Positions 43,001 to 47,826 are shown, counted from the stretch's first letter. The stretch is 64,000 nt of DNA from Candidatus Omnitrophota bacterium (GCA_043732705.1 JAYTHE010000025.1:315-64314), one strand, 5' to 3'. Numbers and translations are program-made. The notes: generated by a model from the sequence alone, not told the origin.

Positions 43001-44695
43001 ATATTCCGCTTCATTCAAAGTGAAAGCGATACTCATGCCCTGCTCAGGAGATTCTGCTTTGATTGGCTTGACAATAATTTGAGTGATGGGAAGCTGAGGA
43101 TTTTTCTTTAGAAGTGCCCTTACTTTATCACCAACGGTTTCAATATCCGTCATAGCTAGCCGCATTTCGGAGCGATTAAAAACCATAGGGGTCAGTCCCA
43201 CTGCGGAGGACAGACCCCCGTCGCGCATTTTGGAGCGCCGCGTTTCGCCGCGCAAGGCCGGCAAAACTTGGGTTAAGAAATCACGAACTTCGTTGCGTGG
43301 AAAATCAAAGATGGGCTCGGGACGCGAACCACTATGCGCAAAACCCAGTGGTTCACCAGGCAGGCGACGCGCGGTCATCAGCGTTTCATAAATTTTTTGA
43401 TGTTTAGGGGAAACATTTTTAATCGAAGGCGTTACGACTGAATAGCTATATCCAAGCCGGCGCAGTAATTCACAAATTCGTTTACGGTGAAAGCCGCCAT
43501 AAACCAATACTTGCGGCGCGGAAGACGGGTTAGATTCTAAGATCCGAGCAAGCTTGGCATCGCGTTTTTCGGCGGTGAGATAAAACTCCATGGCTGGGTC
43601 GATCAGCTTTTCCCAAGCCGCGAGATACACAACCGGCTTTTTTAAAACTGAAGCCGCATCCGCGGCCGCGCGTTGTGAAAAACCGGAAAGAGCAATGCTT
43701 GCCGGTTGAGCCGCAGGCTCAGAGGCAAAAACATAACGGCTCACCCATTCAAACTCTTCGGGCGCAGCTTTGAGCGCGGCGACTTTTTTAATCGATTGCA
43801 ATAATTGGTAATTCGTAAAAATGCGGCGGTCGGTTTCCGAAGCCAGCTGCCGTGCTACAAAGTCACGCTCGCTACTTTTAATTTCCGCAAATAAAACCGC
43901 GGGTTGAATGTTACGTTTTACGTTTGATTGCGGCGACTCAAGCAGGCTTAATAAAGCTGCGAATTGCGGATAGGATTCGAAAGGATTTTTACCCGGAAAT
44001 GCGGCACGCATTTTTTTCGCGAGCCGCAAACAATACTGATCAAACGAAAGTTGTCCATCCTGTGCGCGCTGCCATTCCTTCAGCCACTCGCTCACAGCGC
44101 GCGGATAATTTATATTCATGATCTTTTGATATTCCGCGTCAATTTGCCGCAGCTCATCCTGAATGACCGGTTCTATTTTTTTGCTTTCGCCGTAACGGCG
44201 GATATTTTCATGATGTAATTTAAAATTATCCGCGCCGATTAAATCAAAGGCTTGAGGATTCAATACATGCAAAAATTCGGCGCCGCCCAACCGCAAATGA
44301 TCCATGAGGTAAAATGCGGCTTTCTTTTTCAACTGTTTATCTCTGATGAAGCCAAAGTAATCTTCGGTCGGAACTTGTCCTTCATAACCTTCTTCATAAA
44401 CAGTTTTTACGCCGGACTTGCGAATGAGCTGCGAAATAATTCTAGCGGTATTGAGCTGTGCTTCAAGTGAATCATGCGCGTCTTGAATAAAAATAATCTT
44501 TTTCGCCGCATCCGCTGATTGATACGTCTCTTCCACTCGTCCCCATGGGGCTAAATTAGGCAGTATTGAACCGGAATACAGTCTTGAAGATTGTGAGGGG
44601 AAAGAAGTTGTTGGACAGACCATAAGAAAGACAAGGCCGAGAGCAACCCCTCTTCTTGTAAGCAGACTCCATGACTGATTTTTGTAGGTAAACAT
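22028..44695 (-). CDS. Giant 7,555-aa secreted or membrane-anchored multidomain protein: signal peptide, TraB/TIKI-like domain, multi-AAA_5 (dynein/midasin-like) ATPase core, coiled coil, and a long array of repeated modules.
   Basis: A single uninterrupted 22,668-nt ORF with an ATG at 44693-44695. N-terminus MFTYKNQSWSLLTRRGVALGLVFLMVCPTTSF. Internal motifs are listed in the sub-features below. Confidence 0.8.
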   Translation of the reverse strand: MFTYKNQSWSLLTRRGVALGLVFLMVCPTTSFPSQSSRLYSGSILPNLAPWGRVEETYQSADAAKKIIFIQDAHDSLEAQLNTARIISQLIRKSGVKTVYEEGYEGQVPTEDYFGFIRDKQLKKKAAFYLMDHLRLGGAEFLHVLNPQAFDLIGADNFKLHHENIRRYGESKKIEPVIQDELRQIDAEYQKIMNINYPRAVSEWLKEWQRAQDGQLSFDQYCLRLAKKMRAAFPGKNPFESYPQFAALLSLLESPQSNVKRNIQPAVLFAEIKSSERDFVARQLASETDRRIFTNYQLLQSIKKVAALKAAPEEFEWVSRYVFASEPAAQPASIALSGFSQRAAADAASVLKKPVVYLAAWEKLIDPAMEFYLTAEKRDAKLARILESNPSSAPQVLVYGGFHRKRICELLRRLGYSYSVVTPSIKNVSPKHQKIYETLMTARRLPGEPLGFAHSGSRPEPIFDFPRNEVRDFLTQVLPALRGETRRSKMRDGGLSSAVGLTPMVFNRSEMRLAMTDIETVGDKVRALLKKNPQLPITQIIVKPIKAESPEQGMSIAFTLNEAEYILPAGVFSMLSAVVAFAMISRFIKVSTHELRGQFDSDYTSSIVASITKGGGHIVWNYTKKDSSLSVDVETVRSEMRDIEGEPRVIDKTEAMDALDFELHNLAKQRSSKENRDVPYLRVRLRDDRHRIEVQYLATVQPDGTRVPQMGLIERVVRGGGILFFDTEGADARALEQFNALFDAKPFLGSSATPADPRLQVFVGIHPKEADHFSITVYSRALQTDDQSTGLDTGAFHSEFDRLMQDHNQLREDAVLGPNDAVIDLMKRSDFQDILVEHIGINGQGEWEYQEGPLVKAMNGKKRLVIQGPRNDPDFRYFIDQILVYRTLIVNGQVIQVPPDFEIVFQQKDYSRLSEPKTIHLGHALEGDVWMINQVTKDILFQRVEIDARTNRLRPLPGILAQKNVKIRITENLEDEGIWNAIMHTPGVQVEVAAGVEVPFVYSHFVAMKPAAVAEPEEATSDLPEMEAGSVHLLEADDLPFLTERIRAANPAQKVTVQHMSLGSSASAMIDTGELMSVHDKYFEIRNVKQKVLAALEAGETVILEGVERSPRLMKELESLFSDVPYLIVNGERKNLSEFKGKLILTATGLNEGRSRYEYSTRIAKSEDQDALYFEQLKKEFPTLAASGKLNEKWNQLKQLRDLFKNLPLPSNRGLTNELFPSEFDWSYARLKVYFALLQELQNPFEAFQHTWGVHYRRDAVIANYIQVQAKIMLGAQEAKRGVSGSMNSAIAGRRLNKILSHIRSAEDWHKFYWQMVNTLSWDTLEALRDELAEKSWKGDLSEQPLAVIKEAVVLKYKNDRTGFRSFLRDTLNHAGVGNLTVPLIDDELELDYLTADERLALVKKITQAVPIVFLQGAPGTGKSKLLPDLAQALGYSAEERFGPFTTGSNVEESELTGTGPRGFVGNWRKSLRGILLWDEANTAPADFHYFLLDNAGKNKPIVMTGNDETTEDRNVLRVAQERGVTVVFDDFDRAFYEAQAERYLAGVKDAEEIIPILMNMHEIAKLIGPQYEFSIREIQEASNRVKAFGLSASDQDKKSELIYQIWLVYRDRFSEVEQSAVQFIFQKKMGNDEQGRPLLDFKALEAKRLEATRAQFADYATLNDVALTGQTLSYLAYLWDLMRLRQARAEGQFVEPGKVSSLVLGPSGWGKDFVLENFLAEWQKRNPVSSASQAIHYLNGSMSDDELEATIQTAKADGSIIALREMNFLKSGVLEGKLNDILAGGKKPHPGFLFIGTLNGAHFSGRNKVSSPLMSRSSVFMARPYDEPSLLLITAKLAQTAGLAEDDTRVASIAHFQAWITAQVQNEEFIPTIRELTRAIQYLVKHPQAGWADAARFVYGPTYERWQLAEHSADFERLYAVSQLTENQPDTASVKQVAIYQKIVDVLSPPVINKIHVKINRTNQHSYFEHKDNALVISTADIATGRDWFFISMTLGMHAFTRGEYFRVQGEQSEKLFMQIMDSLFNERSWSSDANKGLAADLFDDVQLAWVEFLAGRIFSREPRRPPNSAIQLAHVIQNIRTPEGALNQDAVAVLFEWIENANNTLTPRKLYRYSLMAYLFGQVTIADLEKFQAALMGLTGAQNGDGDFFSLLGENPFPALLEHLKGDSYVGMPQSNVWESLTTQLDPDINGGELVLSELQIQFLQSQIVDWVESIVQNTNHPVPEVQEGDIPKEKNAPQIAVPDISQALAMRAEMDAQAKAEADRQTQERLRAKRQKNFNEKVADFDEAMTLIEKHLALALKTPGMVTFKRLDEIEDQIKNPARRLPGAVLVMLQNLRQEFQNPDEQQKLEKLNKRFQNALKKYERVWQRYKKLEEMARRYQQFLEEKAAREKAGEPEPESPPPNEKKQREMDALSRFMSLLNLDGRNSGEKFEPQGDIYSPEARGGKNAWDVDGPRGEIIKPPDEALVRVEAVNFKTVSITPTVEKPPEDPQLAKLRDQEPEIFENLFRAFFNWLMDTGRRTGGHKLDLSILLKTGNWDLARQTSGAVLKRLPRDLVIYGGGKLTALQADLFRFLFERGYSVRVLMNSGQISPRILSLQELMAALGMAGQNATLIDRDETARNLAREFNLKSPWLATLDDIQTLLFSGYAYAAVHAAIQHQKMDEEVKPEAAAAAVVEGVSPKYKIKAKPFSQIGLTFLVQRFIHERGGAVKQYIVNSFALAGAKLKTIIIVKDGTDFSKYPTDDFVEYWTESDALLPENIARVRTYATNQFNQVYELLADFSENKSIEDLKQRQRAVIDQLLHLESIQKYPFAPSIVSIDHDEVVLDLTSYEKHGMDVVNEILKNIHGFDHVLLPRFIGHARFPSPSDPMSQAPYPPSPKNYSFRPAAVSEKGYLVTVYSQGELGTKEVNYSNVVYEPDNAKIEAVREHAASLNTDLKALKGGEYFSINYQDGFIYCRVNVEYPGRLEFVDWISLIMLVRGVAVLEFENADNFPVEMWSFLADQNPDLFILEPPFPEKEGFWPDFGKLFPNLRGYSARHLTPAEFNALPLERLEMLTLAHFDATAVKSEQVAVALQKMPRLRKIVYEHAIEYGLPDILTLPPSVEKIFIIPGKKALPINVSDLAVLNGRKGLVVQIGNNRLSEDATMGEDPSGNGFDLIYFADGQEKIFKNQKVPFDDEAVPAPPGAKHGIEQRLQNAIKQFDALTSDDAKMRGLLGKHFLKIDQGEIVLDLTAAGIHAGSLAKQVLPSLTDIDHLIAPRNQPITGNKLDYHFRVTEPSEHGYKVTIQNGEGKPDNVYYQVQYAASDPATQEPADKTVLKDKLSKLGFKREAQEETVYQKDGLWHFYFVNKLSPEQWTQLMPHIKNFYSFDATNFGLPKAELGVLAQNNPELVVLEWWPLKDTATNMPLPNFPNLRSYLSLTLDSQDASRLHRSQVKKINIFELENSILAVFNGRKTIVELDHLEEDVLIVNAPLDAPGLDLYFAPAPAAPKEWRINVLVLDPAHPLADPNLYYQLDASILFEYNNRILQEAGISQQRINRYSAVTENQGTILGVEIGQPLSAEETAALMLLRGVSSFEAHGQSLPPADVMAQFHRNNPHVNRSSSPAADASPKTSQAADNSPQARLETISRNLRKLMADGVLPWTEEFIPFGVKLKDGDRVTVSLSNMTLKNPQHWIQIVRAVEGADEIYAAAGDITNEAVSELPAGVKVLILNHTRQFTDWQIIRRFHQLEELHIAFVDAGGPASMQARAELESVRDDEQGFKIDFDGSLLMRKYRIKAAAPSTVNEPAQARLEKVQRALQSLMDAGVLPWKKTDLKDSVFLKDGRVNVSLFMGSPENQQEWIQIAQATAGADEISVSRTNITNEAVNALPTELKVLSIENAPNFTDWQSIQRFRKLEKLFIRFPPDGKGAESQAQALAVFQTVTDGGFGFEIFNNGNQWPEKHRVKETAAAPKAQLPLDPQKPLADPNDYYGLDIIKLWRYNQKILAANGIPEAKINTKLSDDGHLFLHISSGLTKLDRNVLPQLRGIGEVYINSPEVSDYDLDQLTKNNPQIRQFDYAADLSPTTHVDGWQWLENLTNVVHLSLPPLANVGVEVLKFISSRKLESLSLFEVQEKCKPYLLRTVANEPGAFHFVHFMSNRAGEFTGQENEGFAVLAHLQAKPAPKETQPHVSQVLDPEAAYDLSFADRLAYNKTVIDRLNALATTSGASLSESFEGKLVLSVYGNPTLAQIELLASFRGIESIHMDAKDMQGIESLVTNNPRLYHLVFHLHESDSANLTRPWLASLKHLERLNILGMSKGRALFNLGANLKYLSQLPKLRTVELPGNKKDYPALKSAPAGADNVVEVSFGVGDETMSVVLSDTASPPASPEPSQAPDPEAAYEMSSQELLAWNNGVRNKILELNGTGNSAEVPEFFSSSPRTILLRGSWSAEQAALLKDFRGIMSVHIELNKTNALAEFAKNNPRIIVVDCLLSVIGFGQDLGLFNHFKNLRDLTIRSNQPDADNFADYLPSLADLPLKQLVLPGLFKDYERDLQPSNDDDAIKITFSVGHREGKFKIIAKKTQSEPSQAPDPEAAYTMDKTALMEWNHDVRDKILALNGKRKSDFTRVKVDLVGGKVYLEVEGVLSLGQVALLAEFRGVHAVNVRSDVAGFDEFAVNNPRIAIILHDVSKAVPGSKNLFWFDKLRHVEEIGLEKKSRSLSLDAGSIKAFASMGLKKLTVPLTQSECLPYLQRSDAVDAVLITFSDGKTEKYKIHSLEDARLEEDRRLTERELKELNGRAFFADNRKIMFDPATVTVNFVGFKIRHPEDWIFVLRALPAARRFAFDSSSEAFDYFEPANEGEPGAVLVVEFSQGDPFLKWMKLKPAIAPQEAKLEAPQPGSPAAIQKIVKEFLAMNIFYGDIHVSGIFARASVSFQDAEIRDPSRWRWALEQLAGARQFIFTDTQLEKMGEVEPLFFENADVADPGSIHIAMVHGKGVNSKTSPLGWKKFKPATPKPSNQFTAPDPVKAYQMSAAEITAYNAAIIHQLNVISERDRQVFVTSGNNLSIILHESAKAISDGQLELLKQLRGLELLSIKNTSAHALPHETMTQVARNNPRIESFMYVAPKTATNFKDFEIIQTLSWVRELRNVTDFGLIQYGAILEDVFDWIKDMPLEKFHSNLEPQNDTVAQYIEPAGDGEGFEYISDTIRGRYKLKSAASKQPAKQNGKPVLDTAKPLADPNAYYEYSTVERSDYNANILTGNNQGGHLLISYGGDGIIMLTVGRDATPSEIKKMMPLFRGIDGVLFESPQDSESLAVFAKNNPGMRILEYVPRPVNVRSWPEMPWLAEWKELQTVMFGQDVPLGNLRFIQSPRLTGLSLFEMPTVAELGPYAEKSEQGHPGAFELEYRNEGGFRGSYSGGHFVLKHLSPQSPTPAAKPPIDSVTKPEDFYAYSQQELYQYNMHVMSSSMASEMSLIFTNDHGPGAKGLKLFITSIGPREKAALPFLRGISTIFADDSLKKGSEGERFLLANNPRVKKVMRTDDEESAKEEKQPSPPTAQLDPEQAYKMDTGELEAYNQRIINQMKLEPSGGSPTFIMSQYIVPAPLGGGAGGKHVDRAGFALAISQALSDEQLQLLMQLRGIGQIIFLSQSITPRDMQTFVQNNPQLANITYAVNQAFPAHEWSWLANLKYTESLKIQGVSNNNYFPPVAINYLAAFIQNPLRSLSLPGEERDYLGHIKPYKEGAGEEKFIRINFTQGSTGSKLFTFGGNAQKPPLKDNLAGAQAPHLPAAVSWLDGKPIEEVYQLTPAKRLERNLQIIAKIKSEIAAGRMKNILPAFVSAPDFMPKNLFDANEEDGWLRINLGADGVTDWSFIRYFEGCDIAEVYEKTVIAEDVALLTLRNPGLENISISHSPQVTSNLSLALGGFSHLKELFGPRQEIKEQLERADKTDTAQVFRVRFDGADSDVLMKLKSRPDLQVYLELDAEAEAAHRIPATPQKEDVNQALARIKREIDSYKGSGDYISGDITAEKLPEGEIRVSFRKVKSKENIELSRFGSPHVTHWSFENSQMGAGHILETIPHSEKIIDLNLQGLGFSNTDDMTFLLARFKNLKSLNLSGIQLAFGFDLTKVPDALAQLPHLRMLFIDHGLLDDSMIQRHFVERAEGAAQQPNDLTVFLEDKKSELVGVRYWIRKTEGASSESAAAPQMDARARAAAYNERLKLLNTEGVETGQSFFMSRDDKVFLQVGSGVTRVASYDFLNKFEDVEGIFIDRASGLDEVQKILQVKSDFTAIEIQEEEQYDSIPDAKKKLVWVIDHLKQLNSVYFHKDVGGDGDLSEIIPHFNASRITTLELYEWRDAYSRAFLEKIAYSRWPLEHLIISGTMKVESQFINMFSGQLRTLSMTAHTELLKPIGTNLVQVESLTVSAHNLGIFMEKNMLNATATPKLRELVIAEEVDIDLVIADEIDIDLAVKVIERLPDLDALQFAKTIHDRFDQNAITAKFGEINNAWNAAVIKGNLYEITVNVKAMREAAPSELPKPAPTSASTSDSTSALSAEDRAAVYNAQLKTIKTKSPDSSADHFIFWAHDGRVFLKAQQALYVHSQRYNLDFLKEFPKIDGIVFDDNLDFSAGTLILGLRQDFDAIYLEDSDFTGRAYESDTIGRDYLITVLEKLSQTKALYFGGADYSPAFVQIVLNAIKGRPIQTLSLSSSFLNAAAGDTVVDNTEKFFESITPSLKKLELSFVSSNANARGLLRTLNAYFGGIQELTVQTRPDDLEGFRFNIKSVPNAEKITLVDIHLDSLADIESLGLHKLRQLKELTIDNRIGIERIDDINDYLPGLKKIAFKVNDISDAQQLKQSLLSHGRQFKILIDLVANAFGLHEVTIVFSETKPASPPSVASSASVSEKSAKEIAAEYNEKLAKMQLSGVALFKAEDGKVFLTIWQMYLASKFLPDLKRQFPMVEGLVLEDHFDYSAQENPKAVSFLLDAIKNSQLRAIKLDMTETTQKTIDKIKKIIDVMPNLDSLYFGEQSYDAKFLRGVFDAVRGRKIHSLGFDKTNLGGNFTDVVEKLIQNLRFPIKRLIIRTTEKTNVFGRMWIHEFANTLTELVIDKPSSSRVLRNPVDLPLLEKLDVDQGSAQFILPQLGKSGRELQSLALRIDNWADLDHAFLAEFEPHMAQVRNFELEFDYVARSDSSDFSAIQKLINGAQNMERFVIREGSRWDEIPFDLSAARNLKEMIINRQVETANILTILEQAPQLEKIVFQSSEISDTSMFAVWVSQKGGRINNGPGLEKTITFPSQESNKLIMVSRNHPVTVEALPPKEEIFDFETVDFVLGMVPPERREAVMAQVKEMFRLRGMAGAFEVFSKRYKNHQEKSGIARSELRDTSAPLTSEDHAAMILSLFKQTQISDSALLILDDETLGAMTEAQFNEYVALLGLNSKINLRVNRTKILSAQAQKRFDLLKRQFTDENRVDFFSGLRGNYKRVIFFGQHDRIAGYSEFLNKLPGNKKIIRAAYSTKNAGLPTLALLVPEDKIKSREEFFGEKEFRVMAEFAQQLMAELVIAFSA
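25321..25390 (-). repeat. In-frame 30-nt tandem DNA repeat (about 2.5 copies) within the giant ORF.
   Basis: cggcaatgacaaggtcaatatcgacttcct repeats, encoding ELVIAEEVDIDLVIADEIDIDLAV. Confidence 0.8.
32800..33840 (-). repeat. Two tandem LRR-like protein repeats of about 165 aa in the giant ORF (about 495-nt units).
   Basis: PQARLETISRNLRKLMADGVLPWTEEF...ITNEAVSELPAGVKVLILNHTRQFTDWQIIRRFHQLEELHI versus AQARLEKVQRALQSLMDAGVLPWKKTD...ITNEAVNALPTELKVLSIENAPNFTDWQSIQRFRKLEKLFI. Confidence 0.75.
37400..37950 (-). other. Charged K/E/R-rich predicted coiled-coil linker in the giant protein.
   Basis: AKAEADRQTQERLRAKRQKNF...KLEKLNKRFQNALKKYERVWQRYKKLEEMARRYQQFLEEKAAREKAGEPEPESPPPNEKKQREM. Confidence 0.55.
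38995..43195 (-). other. AAA+ ATPase region of the giant protein with several AAA_5 (MoxR/dynein/midasin-type) modules. Approximate limits.
   Basis: Walker A VFLQGAPGTGKSKLL (DNA 40424-40447). Walker B GILLWDEANTA. Second Walker A LVLGPSGWGKDFV (DNA 39559-39585). AAA_5 sensor-like GFLFIGTLNGAHFSGRNKVSSPLMSRSSVF. Two degenerate modules (GGGILFFDTEGADARALEQFNALFD; GETVILEGVERSPRLMKELESLF). Confidence 0.6.
43375..44518 (-). other. N-terminal domain of the giant protein with tentative TraB/GumN/TIKI-like features. Approximate limits.
   Basis: IIFIQDAHDSLEAQLN...VKTVYEEG and later VLVYGGFHRKRICELLRRLGY resemble the two conserved His-containing boxes of the TraB/TIKI fold. Weak call. Confidence 0.3.
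44597..44695 (-). other. Signal peptide or N-terminal TM anchor of the giant protein.
   Basis: Positively charged n-region (TRRG) followed by a hydrophobic core VALGLVFLMVC. Confidence 0.6.
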
Positions 44696-44897
44696 AAATT
44701 TTCTAAAATAAATTTAACCTCAATCCTTCGTATAAGCAAAATTATGTTATATTTTACTATATAATGCTATATATTAACTTCGCAGAACGTCCTTTATTTT
44801 AACAAAACTTTATAAATATGTTTTTTATGAAATATTGCAAGCTCTCTCTTACACTACTTATCTAAATATTTGTCTGTTATAATGCGCTTCGTTTTTC
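44696..44897. promoter_or_regulatory. AT-rich divergent intergenic region between the giant gene (-) and sdhC (+). Extended -10 for the sdh operon at 44875-44883.
   Basis: tgTtataat (TGn-TATAAT) about 15 nt upstream of the sdhC ATG. About 200 nt of more than 70% AT upstream of the giant gene. Confidence 0.4.
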
Positions 44898-45599
44898 ATG
44901 CTTCTGAATTTTGGAGCTTTTGTGAACCGCGACTGTCCTTCTCAAACATCCATCGGAAAAAAAGTTCTCATGGCGCTAACCGGGCTCATGTTGTCCGGCT
45001 TTATCGTGGGCCATCTTCTCGGCAATCTGACGATTTTCGGCGGCCGGACCATGATTAACTCTTATGCCTATCATCTTGAAGAGCTCAAACCCCTGCTGTG
45101 GATCGCGCGCATTTCACTTTTAGCTTTGATTATCATTCATATTCTTTCCGCGATTTGCGTGACGATTAAAAATAGAGTGGCCCGCCCCATCGGCTACGCC
45201 AAGAAAGAACATCAAAGCACCTCCGTCGGCGCACGCACGATGGCTGTTACAGGGACAGTCATTCTCGCTTTTATTATTTTCCATCTGATGCATTTCACTT
45301 GGCGTATCACTCACCCTGAACTTTCAAACGGTATTGATGTTAATGGACACCGTGATGTTTTCCGTTTAGTTGTTTTAAGTTTTCAGCGCCCCGAACTTGC
45401 TTTTACCTATGTCGCCGCTTTAACGCTGTTGTTTTTACATTTAAGCCACGGGCTTTGGAGTTTATTTCAATCCTTGGGGCTGCTCGGCGAAAGAAGTTTA
45501 CCGGTTGCGAAAAAAATTTCATGTACGATTTCATTTATTCTTTATTTGGCTTATATTTCTATTCCCCTTTCCTGTTATTTTGGATTGGTAAAAATTTAA
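44898..45599 (+). CDS. sdhC: Succinate dehydrogenase/fumarate reductase cytochrome b subunit (single-subunit, five-TM, type-B anchor).
   Basis: Multi-TM with conserved His residues (GHLLGNL, IIHIL, FHLMHF, LHLSHGLWS). First gene of the sdhCAB order. Confidence 0.7.
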   Translation: MLLNFGAFVNRDCPSQTSIGKKVLMALTGLMLSGFIVGHLLGNLTIFGGRTMINSYAYHLEELKPLLWIARISLLALIIIHILSAICVTIKNRVARPIGYAKKEHQSTSVGARTMAVTGTVILAFIIFHLMHFTWRITHPELSNGIDVNGHRDVFRLVVLSFQRPELAFTYVAALTLLFLHLSHGLWSLFQSLGLLGERSLPVAKKISCTISFILYLAYISIPLSCYFGLVKI

Positions 45600-45651
45600 T
45601 GACGACATTTTTTATGGAACAAAGTGAATATAAAAAATCTGTCGGAATTAA

Positions 45652-45727
45652 ATCCCCGCGAAAGCGGGGATCTAGGATTAAAAATTTGAATAATTTAGAA
45701 CTAGATTCCCGCCTGCGCGGGAATGAC
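45652..45727. repeat. Family-1 palindromic element, copy C, ending 5 nt before the sdhA ATG.
   Basis: aatccccgcgaaagcggggatctaggatt-(A/T-rich 21 nt)-ctagattcccgcctgcgcgggaatgac. Confidence 0.75.
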
Positions 45728-45732
45728 AAAAA

Positions 45733-47646
45733 ATGAAAAAAATTAATTCCAATATTCCCGCGGGAGACCTCAAAGACAAATGGCAAAACCGTCTTGCCGA
45801 ATACAAGCTCGTTAATCCCGCGAACAAGCGCAAACATAAAATTATTATTGTCGGAACCGGTTTAGCCGGTGCTTCTGCGGCCGCAACTCTCGCCGAGCTT
45901 GGGTATAACGTCGAATCCTTTTGCTATCAGGACTCGCCCCGCCGCGCGCACAGTATTGCCGCCCAAGGCGGAATTAATGCCGCGAAAAACTATCGTGGCG
46001 ACAATGACAGTGTTTACCGTTTGTTTTATGACACAATCAAAGGCGGCGATTTTCGTGCGCGGGAAGCGAATGTTTACCGTTTGGCGCAAGTCAGCGGCAG
46101 TATTATTGATCAATGCGCGGCACAGGGCGTTCCTTTCGCGCGTGAATACAGCGGCTATCTCGCGAACCGTTCTTTCGGCGGTGCGCAGGTTTCGCGCACT
46201 TTTTACGCTCGCGGACAAACCGGCCAACAGCTTCTTTTAGGCGCTTATCAAGCGCTTGAACGTCAAATTGCCGCAAAAAAAGTGACTATGCATGAACGTA
46301 CCGAAATGCTTGATCTGGTGCTTGTGAACGGCCAGGCCCGCGGAATTATTTCACGCGATATGGTCACGGGCGAAATCACAAAGCATGTTGCGGATTGCGT
46401 CATTCTCGCGACCGGCGGATACAGTAATGTGTTTTATCTTTCGACCAATGCCAAAGGCTGTAATGCATCCGCTATTTACCGCGCCCATAAACGCGGTGCC
46501 TTACTTGCGAATCCCTGCTATACCCAAATTCATCCGACATGCATTCCTGTCAGCGGCGAGTATCAATCCAAATTGACATTGATGTCCGAATCTTTGCGCA
46601 ATGACGGGCGCATTTGGGCGCCAAAAGCTAAAGGCGATAAACGCGCTCCGGCTCAAATTCCTGAAAACGAACGCGATTACTTTCTTGAAAGAAAATATCC
46701 GAGCTACGGCAATCTTGCGCCGCGTGATATCGCTTCCCGTGCCGCGAAAGAAGCTTGTGATGAAGGCCGCGGAGTCGGGCCAACGGGTTTAGGCGTTTAT
46801 CTCGATTTGGCGGATGCAATTAAACGTCTTGGCAAAGAAACAATCAAAGAAAAATACGGCAATCTTTTGGATATGTATAACCGTATTACCGGTGAAGATC
46901 CTTATTCCGAACCGATGCGCATTTACCCCGCCGTGCATTACACCATGGGTGGTTTGTGGGTGGACTATGATTTGATGAGCAATATTCCCGGACTTTTTGT
47001 TGTGGGTGAAGCCAATTTTTCCGATCACGGTGCCAATCGTTTAGGCGCCAGCGCATTGATGCAGGGTTTGGCCGATGGTTATTTTGTCGTTCCCCACTCC
47101 GTGTCGAATTATATCGCAAGCGTGAAACCCGCAAAAGTTACAACAGATGCACCGGAATTCAATACGGTTCAAAAGGAAACTCAAGATAAAATTAAAAAAA
47201 TGCTTTCCGTCAACGGCAGCACAACCGTCGATGAATATCACCGCCGCCTCGGAAAAATTGTTTGGGATAAATGCGGCATGGCCCGCTCCAAAGCCGGCTT
47301 GGAACAAGCGATCAAAGAAATTCAATTGCTGCGTGCCGATTTTTGGAAAAATGTCAAAGTTTTGGGGACTAATGAAGAGCTCAACCAATCGCTCGAAAAA
47401 GCCGGCCGCGTCGCGGACTTTCTCGAATTCGGCGAACTCATGTGCATTGACGCTCTCACCCGCGAAGAATCCTGCGGCGGCCATTTCCGCGTGGAATATC
47501 AGGAAGAAGGCGAAGCAAAACGTAATGATGAAAAATTTACTTATGCCGCGGCGTGGGAATATAAAGGCGAGGGCGTAAAACCCGAATTACACAAAGAAGA
47601 ATTAAAATTCGAATCGATTCATCTTCAAACCAGGTCTTATAAATAG
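45733..47646 (+). CDS. sdhA: Succinate dehydrogenase/fumarate reductase flavoprotein subunit.
   Basis: [22 protein letters not shown] is the FAD-binding motif. [14 protein letters not shown] carries the covalent-FAD His. 637 aa. Confidence 0.9.
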   Translation: MKKINSNIPAGDLKDKWQNRLAEYKLVNPANKRKHKIIIVGTGLAGASAAATLAELGYNVESFCYQDSPRRAHSIAAQGGINAAKNYRGDNDSVYRLFYDTIKGGDFRAREANVYRLAQVSGSIIDQCAAQGVPFAREYSGYLANRSFGGAQVSRTFYARGQTGQQLLLGAYQALERQIAAKKVTMHERTEMLDLVLVNGQARGIISRDMVTGEITKHVADCVILATGGYSNVFYLSTNAKGCNASAIYRAHKRGALLANPCYTQIHPTCIPVSGEYQSKLTLMSESLRNDGRIWAPKAKGDKRAPAQIPENERDYFLERKYPSYGNLAPRDIASRAAKEACDEGRGVGPTGLGVYLDLADAIKRLGKETIKEKYGNLLDMYNRITGEDPYSEPMRIYPAVHYTMGGLWVDYDLMSNIPGLFVVGEANFSDHGANRLGASALMQGLADGYFVVPHSVSNYIASVKPAKVTTDAPEFNTVQKETQDKIKKMLSVNGSTTVDEYHRRLGKIVWDKCGMARSKAGLEQAIKEIQLLRADFWKNVKVLGTNEELNQSLEKAGRVADFLEFGELMCIDALTREESCGGHFRVEYQEEGEAKRNDEKFTYAAAWEYKGEGVKPELHKEELKFESIHLQTRSYK

Positions 47647-47708
47647 CACCCAGGCTCACATCGGATGTGTATAACCCTGTACACATCCGATGTGTACGAG
47701 GTTACACA

Positions 47709-47785
47709 AATGAAGCTCACTTTAAAAGTTTGGCGGCAGAAAAATGAAATAAGTGCACAATTTACGGAACGCAGTGAAAGTAAAT
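47709..47785 (+). pseudogene. Degenerate duplicate of the sdhB 5' end (about 75 nt) upstream of authentic sdhB.
   Basis: atgaagctcactttaaaagtttggcggcag... versus sdhB atgaaattaatactaaaagtatggcggcaa... (MKLTLKVWRQ versus [10 protein letters not shown]). This frame terminates in a TGA overlapping the sdhB ATG. Confidence 0.6.
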
Positions 47786-47826
47786 TGTTTGCACGAATTT
47801 CATCCCAGAAACGCGAAGCGTTATCA

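Noticed and set aside
24489-44470. Dozens of 60-180 aa plus-strand ORFs inside 22028-44695.
   Set aside because: All are antisense to the continuous 7,555-codon frame. Long antisense ORFs are expected opposite a long repeat-containing gene.
22028-44695. Possibility that the giant ORF is an assembly artefact joining several genes.
   Set aside because: It is not rejected outright. However, the frame is continuous across 22.7 kb, the domain order is coherent (signal peptide first, repeats later), and no internal RBS/start pattern suggests separate genes. It is flagged for read-level verification instead.
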